This document shows, piece after piece, positions 8,466-17,307 of a stretch of DNA of 31,953 bases (positions are counted from its first letter, which is position 1; each line of letters starts with the position of its first letter). Made by a program: the position numbers and the translations under genes. The stretch comes from Candidatus Micrarchaeota archaeon (GTDB taxonomy: Archaea; Micrarchaeota; Micrarchaeia; Micrarchaeales; CABMGC01). The DNA lies in the NCBI GenBank assembly GCA_027319905.1, contig DAHVMJ010000009.1:1-31953 (forward strand), given 5' to 3'. The notes under the pieces were generated by a model that was not told the origin of the DNA, searched no databases, and was given only the letters and a program-made list of their open reading frames with translations.

Positions 8466-8665
8466 ACTATCAAACCAATCAGTATTGACCTCGGTAGGTA
8501 TTTATAGATTTCTGGTTGACTGCTTTGCAACCTCATTTTTGCCGCAATCTTCAGATATTTTTCCGAACCGCGTGCTTGCACGACGTGTTTTGCATGCTAA
8601 AAATATTTTCGCGCGTAAACATAAGCATTTATTAAGTCGTTTAACCAATGTTAAAACAGCATTAT

Positions 8666-9085
8666 ATGCCGAATAGAACCATATTGAATAAATATGGTTT
8701 ATTTGTTTCGCAAATACACAAAATAATCAAGAAGAAAGGCGCGGACGGGGACGACATTCGAATAATAAACATGGCGAGACTAGTTGCAGCGCTGTCCTCC
8801 AACCATTCCTGGCGCATTTTCAGGTATCTGCACAGCGGAGATTCGTTCGACAAGGATGCAATACGCGTGGAGATATCGGCCGCGTGCAGAGAAGGCTGGC
8901 GGGAAGTGAACGAGAACGACATAAAGGAGGTGCTCACCACACCAATCGAAGAGCACGCCTTCTCTATGGTGCTGATGTGCTGGCCAGAGAGGGATGAGAG
9001 AAAGGAGTTCGCCGAACTTTTTGAAGAGCTGCAGGAGGAGTTTATCGATGGGATAGAGCCCCTGGAGACGCAGGAACTCATCTGA
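8666..9085 (+). CDS. Hypothetical protein
   Basis: ORF with host-like codons in its 3' part and an acidic tail; TTTATTAA at about 8628. Alternative start at 8648. Confidence 0.6.
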   Translation: MPNRTILNKYGLFVSQIHKIIKKKGADGDDIRIINMARLVAALSSNHSWRIFRYLHSGDSFDKDAIRVEISAACREGWREVNENDIKEVLTTPIEEHAFSMVLMCWPERDERKEFAELFEELQEEFIDGIEPLETQELI

Positions 9086-9137
9086 GACACCATCGGCGAC
9101 TTGCCCTATTTATATTTGTTGGACTTTAGATGCTAGT

Positions 9138-9215
9138 GGGCATGTGGCGCAACTTGGATAGCGCACCTGGCTTCGGACCAGGGGGTTGCGGGTCCAAATC
9201 CCGTCATGCCCGCCA
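9138..9215 (+). tRNA. tRNA-Arg(TCG), CCA encoded
   Basis: Acceptor GGGCATG/CATGCCC; anticodon arm CCTGG-CTTCGGA-CCAGG; T arm GCGGG-TCCAAAT-CCCGT; discriminator G then CCA; TATA-like TTTATA upstream. Confidence 0.92.
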
Positions 9216-9357
9216 TATTGGGTTTGAATACAGGTGCATCGCGGTAAGAACAGAGCTGACACTTACAGGAACGGCGCTCCTGCAGAAAGAGGGCTGGCAG
9301 ATAAACTTGATTGACCCATCACGCAAATCTTATTAATTCCTGAAGCGGAATAAGAAC

Positions 9358-9888
9358 ATGAAGATTGCTATAGGAACGGCAAACGAACTGAAGGCAAAGG
9401 CTATAGAGAAAGTGATGCGGCGCGTCTATCCCGATGCAGAGTTTGTGATGGTTGATGTGCCTTCCGGAGTGAAAGACAACCCCACGGGAAAGGAGGAGGG
9501 CATGCTTGGAGCGCTGAACAGAGCTAGAAGAGCTCGTGACAAGACCAAGGCCGATTTGGGAGTGGGACCGGAGGGAATAACAGAGACAACGGCTTATGGC
9601 AGTTTCGTGTACGGCTGGGTTGCGATAGTTGACAACAACGGCAAGGTAGGATTCGGAGCAAGCGCACAGGTGATGCTGCCCGCGGCTGTCGAAGACCGCA
9701 TCCTTGGGGAGAGGAAGACTATGGACCAGGCGATGTCTGAGGTATCGAACAAGTCGCAGAAATCCATACGCTTTGAGCATGGGACAAACGGCATACTTAC
9801 GAAAGGCATGTACAGTAGGGACAGAGAATTCCAGGACGCAACCGTGTGCGCTCTCGCGCGGTTTGTCTCGAACTACTATGACGAGTGA
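9358..9888 (+). CDS. yjjX: Inosine/xanthosine triphosphatase (YjjX/DUF84 family)
   Basis: MKIAIGTANELKAKA, VPSGV..NP, GALNRA, GVGPEGI, GTNGILTKG..SR. Confidence 0.85.
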   Translation: MKIAIGTANELKAKAIEKVMRRVYPDAEFVMVDVPSGVKDNPTGKEEGMLGALNRARRARDKTKADLGVGPEGITETTAYGSFVYGWVAIVDNNGKVGFGASAQVMLPAAVEDRILGERKTMDQAMSEVSNKSQKSIRFEHGTNGILTKGMYSRDREFQDATVCALARFVSNYYDE

Positions 9889-9894
9889 GATTAT

Positions 9895-10977
9895 TTGGTA
9901 AAGCTCATTGAGTACAGGCAGCTGGCTAGCATACTCACAATGTTCCTGATAGTGCAGCTGGCAGGGTTGCTCATAGTCTTCTACCTTGTCTCGCCTGCTC
10001 AAGCGTACATTGGCACGACAGGAAGCGGCGGATCTGTGGAGAGCGCGGCCCTCTACTTCATCGCCATAGTCCTGTTTGCCGTAGCGCTTATGGTCCTGCT
10101 GAGAAGGTACAGGGGGCCGCTGCTATTCAAGGGAATGGAGGCACTGATGGTAGTGTCTGCGTCGTTCTACCTGTTCATAATAGTGCTCTCCTCGCTCTTC
10201 CCGAACAGCCTTACCTATGACCTGATAGCGTCAATCGCTGGCGCCGTCCTGCTGATCGCGGCCAAGAACAGATGGCTTTCGCTGCAGAACTTCACCACCA
10301 TAGTGGCGAGCGTCGGAGCCGGCCTCGTGCTTGGCATCTACTTCGGCTTCTTAGCGTCGTACATATTCATGGCCTTCGTGGCCGTATATGACTACGTTGC
10401 TGTGTTCGTGACAAAGCACATGATAGTGTTTGCCAGGGAGGCGCTGCGCAACAATCTTTCGATAATGGTCGTGAGCAGCGATGTTGGCATAGTGCCGAAC
10501 GGCTACCTGAAGCCGAAGGAGGCGGCGATGCTCAAGAAGGAGTTCAAGAACACGCACAACGAGACGCTGAAGAGGCTCATTGCTTCGGGGAACGTGCCCA
10601 TGCCGTCAATGTCTGCGCTCGGGGGCGGCGACCTCATAATACCGCTTATGGTGGCGGTGGGGGCCTACGTTTCATACCTGAACTACTTCTTCAGCGTTGT
10701 CATCGCGATAGCCGCATGTTTCGGGCTCGTGTTCAGCATGTGGGTATCCAAACGCTACGGGATAGGCTTGCCTGCCATACCTCCATTATTTGCATTCGTA
10801 AGCGCAGGTTTTGGGATAAACGTGCTTCTGACAACGCCCACCGACTGGCCCTTCTATCTCGCGCTCTTCGCCGAAGGGATAGTGGTGCTTGCGATTATAC
10901 TGACGACAGCAATGAGACAGAAGAGGAATGCGGCATTGAAAATAACGGGGCACACGGCTACTTCTTCTCGATCTTAA
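9895..10977 (+). CDS. Presenilin/signal-peptide-peptidase family GxGD intramembrane aspartyl protease
   Basis: YD (VYDYVAVF), LGGGDL and PAIP motifs in a polytopic membrane protein. Confidence 0.9.
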   Translation: MVKLIEYRQLASILTMFLIVQLAGLLIVFYLVSPAQAYIGTTGSGGSVESAALYFIAIVLFAVALMVLLRRYRGPLLFKGMEALMVVSASFYLFIIVLSSLFPNSLTYDLIASIAGAVLLIAAKNRWLSLQNFTTIVASVGAGLVLGIYFGFLASYIFMAFVAVYDYVAVFVTKHMIVFAREALRNNLSIMVVSSDVGIVPNGYLKPKEAAMLKKEFKNTHNETLKRLIASGNVPMPSMSALGGGDLIIPLMVAVGAYVSYLNYFFSVVIAIAACFGLVFSMWVSKRYGIGLPAIPPLFAFVSAGFGINVLLTTPTDWPFYLALFAEGIVVLAIILTTAMRQKRNAALKITGHTATSSRS

Positions 10978-11659
10978 TCCTGAACCTCTCTTTCACAAGC
11001 TGCTGGCCCCTGCCCCTGCATACCTTGCAGTTCGTGTCGAATATCTTGCCCCTGCCTCCGCATCTGCTGCACACGCTCTGCATGAAGAAGAAGGCGGCCA
11101 TGCCCTGGGACCCGCCGCGGCGCACAACACCTGTGCCGCTGCACTCCGGGCACGTTGTAACCTTGGACCCGGGCTCGGCTCCGCTCCCGCTGCAATTCGC
11201 GCAGACGCGGTAGTGCTGCACCTCTATCTCCCTGTTGAGTCCCTTCTCCATATCCGAGAGCGAGAAGTTGAGTGTGAGGTTTTCATCGTACTGCGCCTGC
11301 TGTCGTCTTCCCTGTCCCGGTGCGCCGCCAAAACCGAAGATGTCCTCAAAGCCTCCGGCGCCGCCAACGTTTATGCCCATGTCCCTGAATATCTTCTCGA
11401 AGTCGAAGTTGCGGAGTATGTCGTCAGGACTGTACCACTGGTTGAACTGCGTCGAGCCGAGCATGTCGTACTGCTGTCGCTTTTGGGGATCGCTGAGCAC
11501 TGCATACGCCTCATTAATCTCGCGCATTTTTTCGGCTGCTTTGGGATCCTTATTGCGATCTGGGTGAAATTTGAATACGAGACCTCTATATGCATCCTTT
11601 ATTTGTTCTGGCGATGCGTCCCTAGATACTCCTAGTACATTATAGAAATCATTTGCCAT
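10958..11659 (-). CDS. dnaJ: Short DnaJ: J-domain, G/F region and zinc finger, lacking most of the C-terminal domain
   Basis: HPD motif; G/F-rich region; four CxxCxGxG repeats (CANCSGSG, CPECSGTG, CSRCGGRG, CKVCRGRG). Confidence 0.9.
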   Translation of the reverse strand: MANDFYNVLGVSRDASPEQIKDAYRGLVFKFHPDRNKDPKAAEKMREINEAYAVLSDPQKRQQYDMLGSTQFNQWYSPDDILRNFDFEKIFRDMGINVGGAGGFEDIFGFGGAPGQGRRQQAQYDENLTLNFSLSDMEKGLNREIEVQHYRVCANCSGSGAEPGSKVTTCPECSGTGVVRRGGSQGMAAFFFMQSVCSRCGGRGKIFDTNCKVCRGRGQQLVKERFRIKIEKK

Positions 11660-12611
11660 TGTTGGCTACCTCAAGTATTTGTTTTTTAACATTCTCAAAA
11701 CTATTGACTATGTCGTTTTCCCAGAATCTCGTTAAAATATACCCTCTGCTTCGCGCATATTCTGTCTTTCTTTTGTCATTTTTCACATTCTTTAATTGGG
11801 TGTGATTAAGTTCACTGAAAAACAACGGGTTGGCATGCCAGTAATCTCCATCTACTTCTATTAGCTTATTGTTAGGTATGAAAAAATCAAAACACCAGTA
11901 ACCCAGTTTATATTGGTGCTTGAACTGTATTTTGTTTTGCACCAAAAAGTTTTCTACAATCATTTCTATATTGGTGTTAGATCGATATAGTCTGCCCTCT
12001 TCAATTTGTTTGAGTGTATTATCTCTCATTTTCGCTATGGTTTCTTCGTCTTTGTACTTGCAGGCAACGGAGCAGTAACACTTATTTAACCTGGAATAGA
12101 AAGGTCTCCCGCAGATTTTACACGGTTTCATCGATTTTTGTCTCCATCTGCCAGTTCCCATGCGCATCATAAGTTTACGTTGTTCTCTTGCTGATCTTAC
12201 GGGAACTCCGTAGTCCAGCAACAGGTATTCAACTCCTAATTCGCGTAAATGAAACTCTCTCCAGAGCCGGTTTATGCTGTGGCCTTCTTTGTACAACTTA
12301 ATAATTTCTTCTTTGTTAGGGATCTGTTGTGCCTGTGCCCTGTACATACACTCTTTGGAGCAGTATTTCTGGTGTGTCGAGTTATAATACTTGGTTTCGT
12401 ATTTCCTGCCGCAAATAACACAAATTTTATTCACTTTAGGACGATTTGTTAGAGCCAGACGCGCATAATAAAGAAATTTCCTATTGCCGTGTTCATAGCC
12501 ATATCTCGATGCGCACCGTCTACTACAGAATCTACCTCCACCTACCTTGACAGTATAGCTGTCTGTGTGAAATTCCTTTTGGCAATACAAACAATTTTTC
12601 TTTATATCCAT
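11649..12611 (-). mobile_element. Free-standing putative homing endonuclease gene: three CxxC...(F/Y)CSxxC zinc fingers, HTH-like segment, C-terminal DUF559/Vsr-like (EDxHD-type) nuclease
   Basis: CLYC..FCSRRC, CVIC..YCSKEC, CKIC..YCSVAC; FDFFIPNNKLIEVDGDYWH...NDKRK...GYILTRFWENDI. Clearly AT-rich relative to its flanks and inserted between dnaK and dnaJ. Confidence 0.75.
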
Positions 12612-12628
12612 ATCCTCGCATCTACAGC

Positions 12629-14488
12629 CTAGCCCCTAAAGTTTGCATCAGCAGAGCCCTCATTGCTGGTGCCTGAGCCTCCTCCACCTGGTCCTTGTTC
12701 CGGCCCCTGGTAGTCTTGGCCGTGGCCCTGACCCTGTCCCTCGCCGTAAACACTTGCACCCACTGCCTGCAGCGCGTTCTTCAGCTCGTCGAGTTTCTCC
12801 CTCACGCTTGACTCCTCGCCTTTTTCCAGGGCCTTCTGCAGCTCGGTCCTGGCGTCGTCGGCCTTCTTGTACATCTCTTTGGGTATCTTGTCCTTGTTCT
12901 CCTTCAGTATCTTCTCGGCCGAGTACACGAGCGTCTCTGCATCGTTCCTTGTCTGCGCACGCTCCAGTTCTTCTTTGTCCTGCGTCGCGTACTCCTCAGC
13001 CTCCTTTACCTTCTGGTCTATGTCCTCCCTTGCCATCTTGTTTGGAGCAACGACCTGCATGCCCTGCTGCTTGCCAGTCTTCGTGTCTTTGGCGTTCACG
13101 TGCAGTATTCCGTTAGCATCGATGTCGAAAGTAACCTCTATTTGGGGCGTGCCCCTTGGTGCTGGAAGTATGCCGGTCAGCAAGAACTTGCCCAGGCTGA
13201 TGTTGTCCTTGGCCATCGGGCGTTCGCCCTGCAGTATGTTTATGTCCACCGCCTGCTGGTTGTCATCGGCTGTTGAGAATACCTGCGACTTTCTTATCGG
13301 CACGGTGGTATTCCTTGGTATGAGCACCGTGGACACGCCGCCCAGTGTTTCTATGCCCAGCGAGAGTGGAGTAACGTCGAGCAGCACTATGTCCTTGACT
13401 TCGCCGGTGAGCACTCCTGCCTGTATCGCTGCACCAAAAGCAACCGCTTCCATGGGATCTACGCCTCGCTCTATCTTCTTGCCGTAGAGCTGCTCCACGT
13501 ACCTCTGCACTATCGGCATGCGTGTCGGTCCCCCGACAAGTATGACCTTGTCTATGAGGCTCGGCTCAAGCTTCGCGTCCCTGAGCGCCTGCTGCATCGG
13601 CTTGAGCGTGCGTTCCACTATCGGCATTACAAGCTCCTCGAGCTTCGCCCTGGTGAACGAGTAGCTGAAGTTCACAGGCTTGCCGTTCACGCTGCCGAGG
13701 AACGGCAGGTTTATCTCGCTGCTCAGCGTGGTCGAGAGCTCTATCTTTGCCCTTTCCGCAGCCTCTCTCACCCTCTGGAGCGCCTGCGCGTCCTTGCTTA
13801 TGTCAAGGTTGTGCTTCTTCTTTATCTCAGCCTTGAGGAAATCGACAAGCGTGTTGTCCATGTCGGTGCCGCCGAGCTGCGTGTCCCCGTTCGTGGACTT
13901 GACCTCGAACACCCCGTTTCCGAACTCCATTATGGTGACGTCAAGCGTGCCGCCTCCGAAGTCGTAGACCATTATCTTCTGCTCCTTTCCTGACTTGTCA
14001 AGGCCGTATGCGAGTGCAGCTGCGGTCGGCTCGTTCACTAGTCTTGTTACCTTCAGTCCTGCAATTTCTCCCGCATCTTTAGTTGCCTGGCGTTGGTTGT
14101 CATTGAAGTAAGCTGGCACTGTTATAACTGCTTCTTTTATCTCCTCCCCCAGAAAAGCCTCAGCGTCATGCTTTATCTTCTGCAGCAGGATGGCGGACAG
14201 TTCCTGTGGCGTGTACTCCTTGCCCAGTATCTTGTACTTGAAACTTGTGCCCATCTTCCTCTTGAATGCCGCGGCTGTACCCTCCGGGTTCGCGACCGCC
14301 TGCCTTCTCGCCGGCTCGCCTACTATGCGCTGCCCGTCCTTTGTGAAGGCGACATAACTTGGGAAGGACTTGCCGTAAAGTGACGTTCCTTCGGCGCTCG
14401 GTATGAGCACCGGCCTACCTCCTTGCAGTATCGCAGCCGCAGAATTCGAAGTGCCCAAATCCACGCCTAAAACTTTTTCACTTGCCAT
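12629..14488 (-). CDS. dnaK: Chaperone DnaK (Hsp70)
   Basis: [54 protein letters not shown]. Start ATG 14488 preceded by GGTGA. Confidence 0.98.
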   Translation of the reverse strand: MASEKVLGVDLGTSNSAAAILQGGRPVLIPSAEGTSLYGKSFPSYVAFTKDGQRIVGEPARRQAVANPEGTAAAFKRKMGTSFKYKILGKEYTPQELSAILLQKIKHDAEAFLGEEIKEAVITVPAYFNDNQRQATKDAGEIAGLKVTRLVNEPTAAALAYGLDKSGKEQKIMVYDFGGGTLDVTIMEFGNGVFEVKSTNGDTQLGGTDMDNTLVDFLKAEIKKKHNLDISKDAQALQRVREAAERAKIELSTTLSSEINLPFLGSVNGKPVNFSYSFTRAKLEELVMPIVERTLKPMQQALRDAKLEPSLIDKVILVGGPTRMPIVQRYVEQLYGKKIERGVDPMEAVAFGAAIQAGVLTGEVKDIVLLDVTPLSLGIETLGGVSTVLIPRNTTVPIRKSQVFSTADDNQQAVDINILQGERPMAKDNISLGKFLLTGILPAPRGTPQIEVTFDIDANGILHVNAKDTKTGKQQGMQVVAPNKMAREDIDQKVKEAEEYATQDKEELERAQTRNDAETLVYSAEKILKENKDKIPKEMYKKADDARTELQKALEKGEESSVREKLDELKNALQAVGASVYGEGQGQGHGQDYQGPEQGPGGGGSGTSNEGSADANFRG

Positions 14489-15044
14489 TTTGTTCACCAT
14501 CTTTCTTTTCCTCTTTTGAAGCGTTACCCTTTGACACGATCACGGCGCTGGGCCTGAGCAGCATGTCGTTGAATGTGTAGCCCTTGCGCACTATATCTAT
14601 GATCGTACCCTCCGGTTCCTTGCTCTCCCTGGTCATTATTATCTCGTGCTTGTAGGGGTCATATTTCCCCTTCGAGTCGATCTCCTTGAGCCCCGCACCC
14701 TTGAGCGTTCCAATTACGTTAGAGAAGACGAGCTCGATGCCCTTGATGTGGTCACTTTCGTGACCTGAGCTGCTAAACGCGGCAAGAGCCAGCTCGAACT
14801 CGTCTATCGCCGGGAGCAGAGAGCGAATCAGCTCTGCCTTCCCGACGTTCCTTGACATGTCAACATCCTTCGCGGCCTTCTTCTTGTAGTTGTCGAACTC
14901 CGCGGCTAACCTGAGCAACCTATCCTTCATCTCAGCGGCCTCGTCCTCTGGCTGCGCACCTGAGGCGGGCTCACTTTTGGGCTGCTGTTTTTGCTCTTTT
15001 TTCAGGTTTTTCTCTTGGTTCTGCTTGTTCTCTTCCTGTGCCAT
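14478..15044 (-). CDS. grpE: Nucleotide exchange factor GrpE
   Basis: [46 protein letters not shown]. Confidence 0.95.
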   Translation of the reverse strand: MAQEENKQNQEKNLKKEQKQQPKSEPASGAQPEDEAAEMKDRLLRLAAEFDNYKKKAAKDVDMSRNVGKAELIRSLLPAIDEFELALAAFSSSGHESDHIKGIELVFSNVIGTLKGAGLKEIDSKGKYDPYKHEIIMTRESKEPEGTIIDIVRKGYTFNDMLLRPSAVIVSKGNASKEEKKDGEQNGK

Positions 15045-15447
15045 AAATCTCACTTGCGAACAGTTCGTCCAGTTTGCTCGCGAACTGCATCATGCGGTTG
15101 AATTCTGTAATCATCTCTGCCTGTATCTCCTGCAGCGTGCTCTCGAAGTCGCTACCGCGAAGGAAATACTCCCTGCCCTTCCTCACTACAAGCCCAGAGT
15201 CTATGAACTTGTTCAGGTTGTATATGACTGTGCTCAGCGGCAGTTTCAGCTCCCTGCTCAGATCCTTGCTCGGCGTGCCAAGTCCCTTCAGGCTGTTTAT
15301 GACTATCCTGCTGAACATCGAGCGCTCCGGCGTGTCTCCCTTGCCCGAGAGATCAAACGAGTCGAAGAACCAGTTGGTGAGCGAGCCCGCATCCTCGCCC
15401 ATGGGCCTGCCTATCGCCCTTATGACTATCTTTTCCGCTTTGGGCAT
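14971..15447 (-). CDS. Winged-helix (ArsR-like) transcription regulator heading the grpE-dnaK-dnaJ operon
   Basis: SKDLSRELKLPLSTVIYNLNKFIDSGLVVRKGREYFLR winged HTH followed by a coiled-coil; overlaps grpE. Confidence 0.8.
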   Translation of the reverse strand: MPKAEKIVIRAIGRPMGEDAGSLTNWFFDSFDLSGKGDTPERSMFSRIVINSLKGLGTPSKDLSRELKLPLSTVIYNLNKFIDSGLVVRKGREYFLRGSDFESTLQEIQAEMITEFNRMMQFASKLDELFASEIYGTGREQAEPREKPEKRAKTAAQK

Positions 15448-15458
15448 ATTCTAACATA

Positions 15459-15501
15459 AGCATGCTCTAATATAAAAATATTCGCTTTTTTCTAAGAAAA
15501 A
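15459..15501 (-). promoter_or_regulatory. Promoter of the heat-shock operon with flanking palindromes
   Basis: TTTTTATA (15471-15478) 24 nt before ATG 15447, giving leaderless spacing; AGCATGCT at 15459-15466; TTTTTCT-A-AGAAAAA at 15487-15501. Confidence 0.55.
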
Positions 15502-15555
15502 GTTGAAAAATAGAAAGGGTCTTATTAGGCTACATATGAGCATTTGCCTGTTTTG

Positions 15556-15711
15556 CTAACATAGACCGTAGGTCAGTTGCCGCTTTATGAGCACAAGGCG
15601 CTCGGTCTCGGCGAGACTCCGTACATAACGTTTCCCGAGTCTCGACTCCATACACGCTATCTTGCACGACAAGGCTTCTCGCTCCCTACAGTCATCCCTC
15701 CCCAACCCCAT
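15556..15711 (-). CDS. Candidate 51-aa small protein (or structured RNA)
   Basis: ATG about 25 nt after TTAAATA; MGLGRDDCREREALSCKIACMESRLGKRYVRSLAETERLVLIKRQLTYGLC. Confidence 0.35.
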   Translation of the reverse strand: MGLGRDDCREREALSCKIACMESRLGKRYVRSLAETERLVLIKRQLTYGLC

Positions 15712-15913
15712 AATGGTATTTTGTCTTTCCTCATATTTAAGCATTTTTGCGGACGCTTTCTCGTAGGAACGACAAACGCAAGCGGACTCTGCGGAAAACA
15801 AACAGCGTATACCTATCCTAAAAGCACGATTCTCGCCCAATCCAGCCCATTTCCCGCTTTAACGCTCTGAAGCCATTGAACTGGCTAAGGCTCTAAGAGT
15901 GTGGCTTGTGAAG

Positions 15914-16393
15914 TCATCTAAGGGCTTCAGACAGCAGCTTCACGATCTCGAGCGCCGCATTCTTGTTTCCCTCGGTGGGTTCGAAGATTCTCTCAAAAAG
16001 AGGGTATAGCGCGCCTGTCTGGCCGATGTTCCCCGAATTCACTACAGCCATGGGTATCATGGTGGGTTCAAGGCGGGAGTAGGCATCGACCAGCTTTGGC
16101 AGGTCGGCGCCGGGGTGTGCCGATTTCAGTTCTTCGGGCCTGATCCAGTTAACTATCTCCAGCGCGCTGAGCGCATCGCCCTTCTCCACAACCTCATTGT
16201 AGCGGGACCTCAGTTCGATGTTGAGCTCACTCTCGGTAAGCCGCTTTGGAAATACCACCGATGAGAATGCGTTGTGCAGTCTGCTGTGAGTAGCCCGCAG
16301 CTGCCTCTCAAGCTCAACCGCTTCTGCTCCCCTGGGTTTTGCCACTTGCAAAAGATCCATATCATCCTCCGGCTTCATTTGGATCGGGCGCAA
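15914..16393 (-). CDS. Hypothetical protein downstream of tRNA-Ala
   Basis: 159-aa ORF with plausible composition and no recognisable motif; start uncertain. Confidence 0.6.
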   Translation of the reverse strand: MRPIQMKPEDDMDLLQVAKPRGAEAVELERQLRATHSRLHNAFSSVVFPKRLTESELNIELRSRYNEVVEKGDALSALEIVNWIRPEELKSAHPGADLPKLVDAYSRLEPTMIPMAVVNSGNIGQTGALYPLFERIFEPTEGNKNAALEIVKLLSEALR

Positions 16394-16442
16394 TATAAAC
16401 TTTGCTATTAAAAATGGCGGGGCGCGTTGTCTGCCGGTAATT

Positions 16443-16517
16443 TGGTGGACTCTGCGGGATTCGAACCCGCAACCCCCTGCATGCCATGCAGGTGCGCTAC
16501 CGTTACGCTAAGAGCCC
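16443..16517 (-). tRNA. tRNA-Ala(GGC), CCA encoded
   Basis: GGGCTCT/AGAGTCC with G3:U70; CCTGC-ATGGCAT-GCAGG; GCGGG-TTCGAAT-CCCGC; A then CCA. Confidence 0.96.
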
Positions 16518-16563
16518 AACGGTAAGACTGGTCGATTTAGGTTTAAATGCCCTTCTGCACGCG

Positions 16564-16791
16564 CTAAACAGGAGAGACGAAGAGTATGTTGCCGCCGCGC
16601 AGAAGTATCGTGCCGAGCTTTGTCTTTGAGCCGCCGTCGTCGCCGAGCTCCTCGGCCTCGGTGAGCACCATGTTCATGTGCGCGTCAAACGAAGAGACCT
16701 TGCCCCTTATGCCGTCGCCATTCTTCAGTCTGACCATCACGTGCTGCCCGATCGCCTTGTTCAGCAAATCAAAAGGCCTTTCACCCTGCAT
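16564..16791 (-). CDS. Sm-like archaeal protein (SmAP/Lsm)
   Basis: RPFDLL..IG..VMVRLK..IRGKV.SFDAHMNMVL (Sm1) and LGTILLRGGNILFVSP (Sm2). Confidence 0.93.
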   Translation of the reverse strand: MQGERPFDLLNKAIGQHVMVRLKNGDGIRGKVSSFDAHMNMVLTEAEELGDDGGSKTKLGTILLRGGNILFVSPV

Positions 16792-16836
16792 AACAAAACC
16801 AAACCAGATGCAAATCGCAACTATTTAATGCCTTGC

Positions 16837-17307
16837 CTACCGCTTCCGCGCTTCCGTCGATGTCGGCATATGTCCTCGGGCTTTCGCCGCGTTTCTTGCG
16901 AGCGCTTTCACTCTCATTTTTTCCAAGTCTTCAGTTAGCAGCTTGCCCATCTCCTTTATCTCATCCTTGTAGGTCCTGGCGTACTTGGAGTGCAGAGGTT
17001 CCGCGGAACGCATCACGGCCATTGTTATCTCCCGCAGGCGCTCCTCATAGTCTTCAACGAGTGCGTAGCGAGGGTTTCTCGGAGTTCCCTTGTCCTTTGC
17101 GTCCATTCTGGCAACGCCGATAATCGTCAGCTCGGTGAGCATCATTGTAACTTGAACTGTGTTCTTCCCGATTCCCCTTGCCACCTCTCCCGTCGTGGCA
17201 CTCGGGTGAGAACTGAGATAACGCATTGCTGGGGATGCGCAGTCGAGAAGGAAGGCTGCTCCTGCTATCTCTTGGGGTCTGAAGTACTTGAGTACCTGCT
17301 GTTCCAT
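16837..17307 (-). CDS. Hypothetical protein with a probable winged HTH
   Basis: ATTGEVARGIGKNTVQVTMMLTELTIIGVAR...RYAL pattern; AGGTGA ribosome-binding site upstream. Confidence 0.6.
   Translation of the reverse strand: MEQQVLKYFRPQEIAGAAFLLDCASPAMRYLSSHPSATTGEVARGIGKNTVQVTMMLTELTIIGVARMDAKDKGTPRNPRYALVEDYEERLREITMAVMRSAEPLHSKYARTYKDEIKEMGKLLTEDLEKMRVKALARNAAKARGHMPTSTEARKR

Noticed and set aside
8466..8665. Replication origin
   Set aside because: It is AT-rich but has no recognisable ORB repeats with G-strings and no adjacent orc1/cdc6 gene.
9130..9336. 68-aa ORF overlapping tRNA-Arg
   Set aside because: It is a translation of the tRNA and its trailer with no coding support.
11649..12628. 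Group I intron or intein hosting the endonuclease
   Set aside because: The gene lies between intact ORFs with only 17 nt of non-coding flank and has no splicing motifs.
15448..15570. CIRCE element or full HSR1 box
   Set aside because: TTAGCACTC-N9-GAGTGCTAA is absent, and the CTAAC copies at 15451 and 15556 lack a GTTAG partner at N5.
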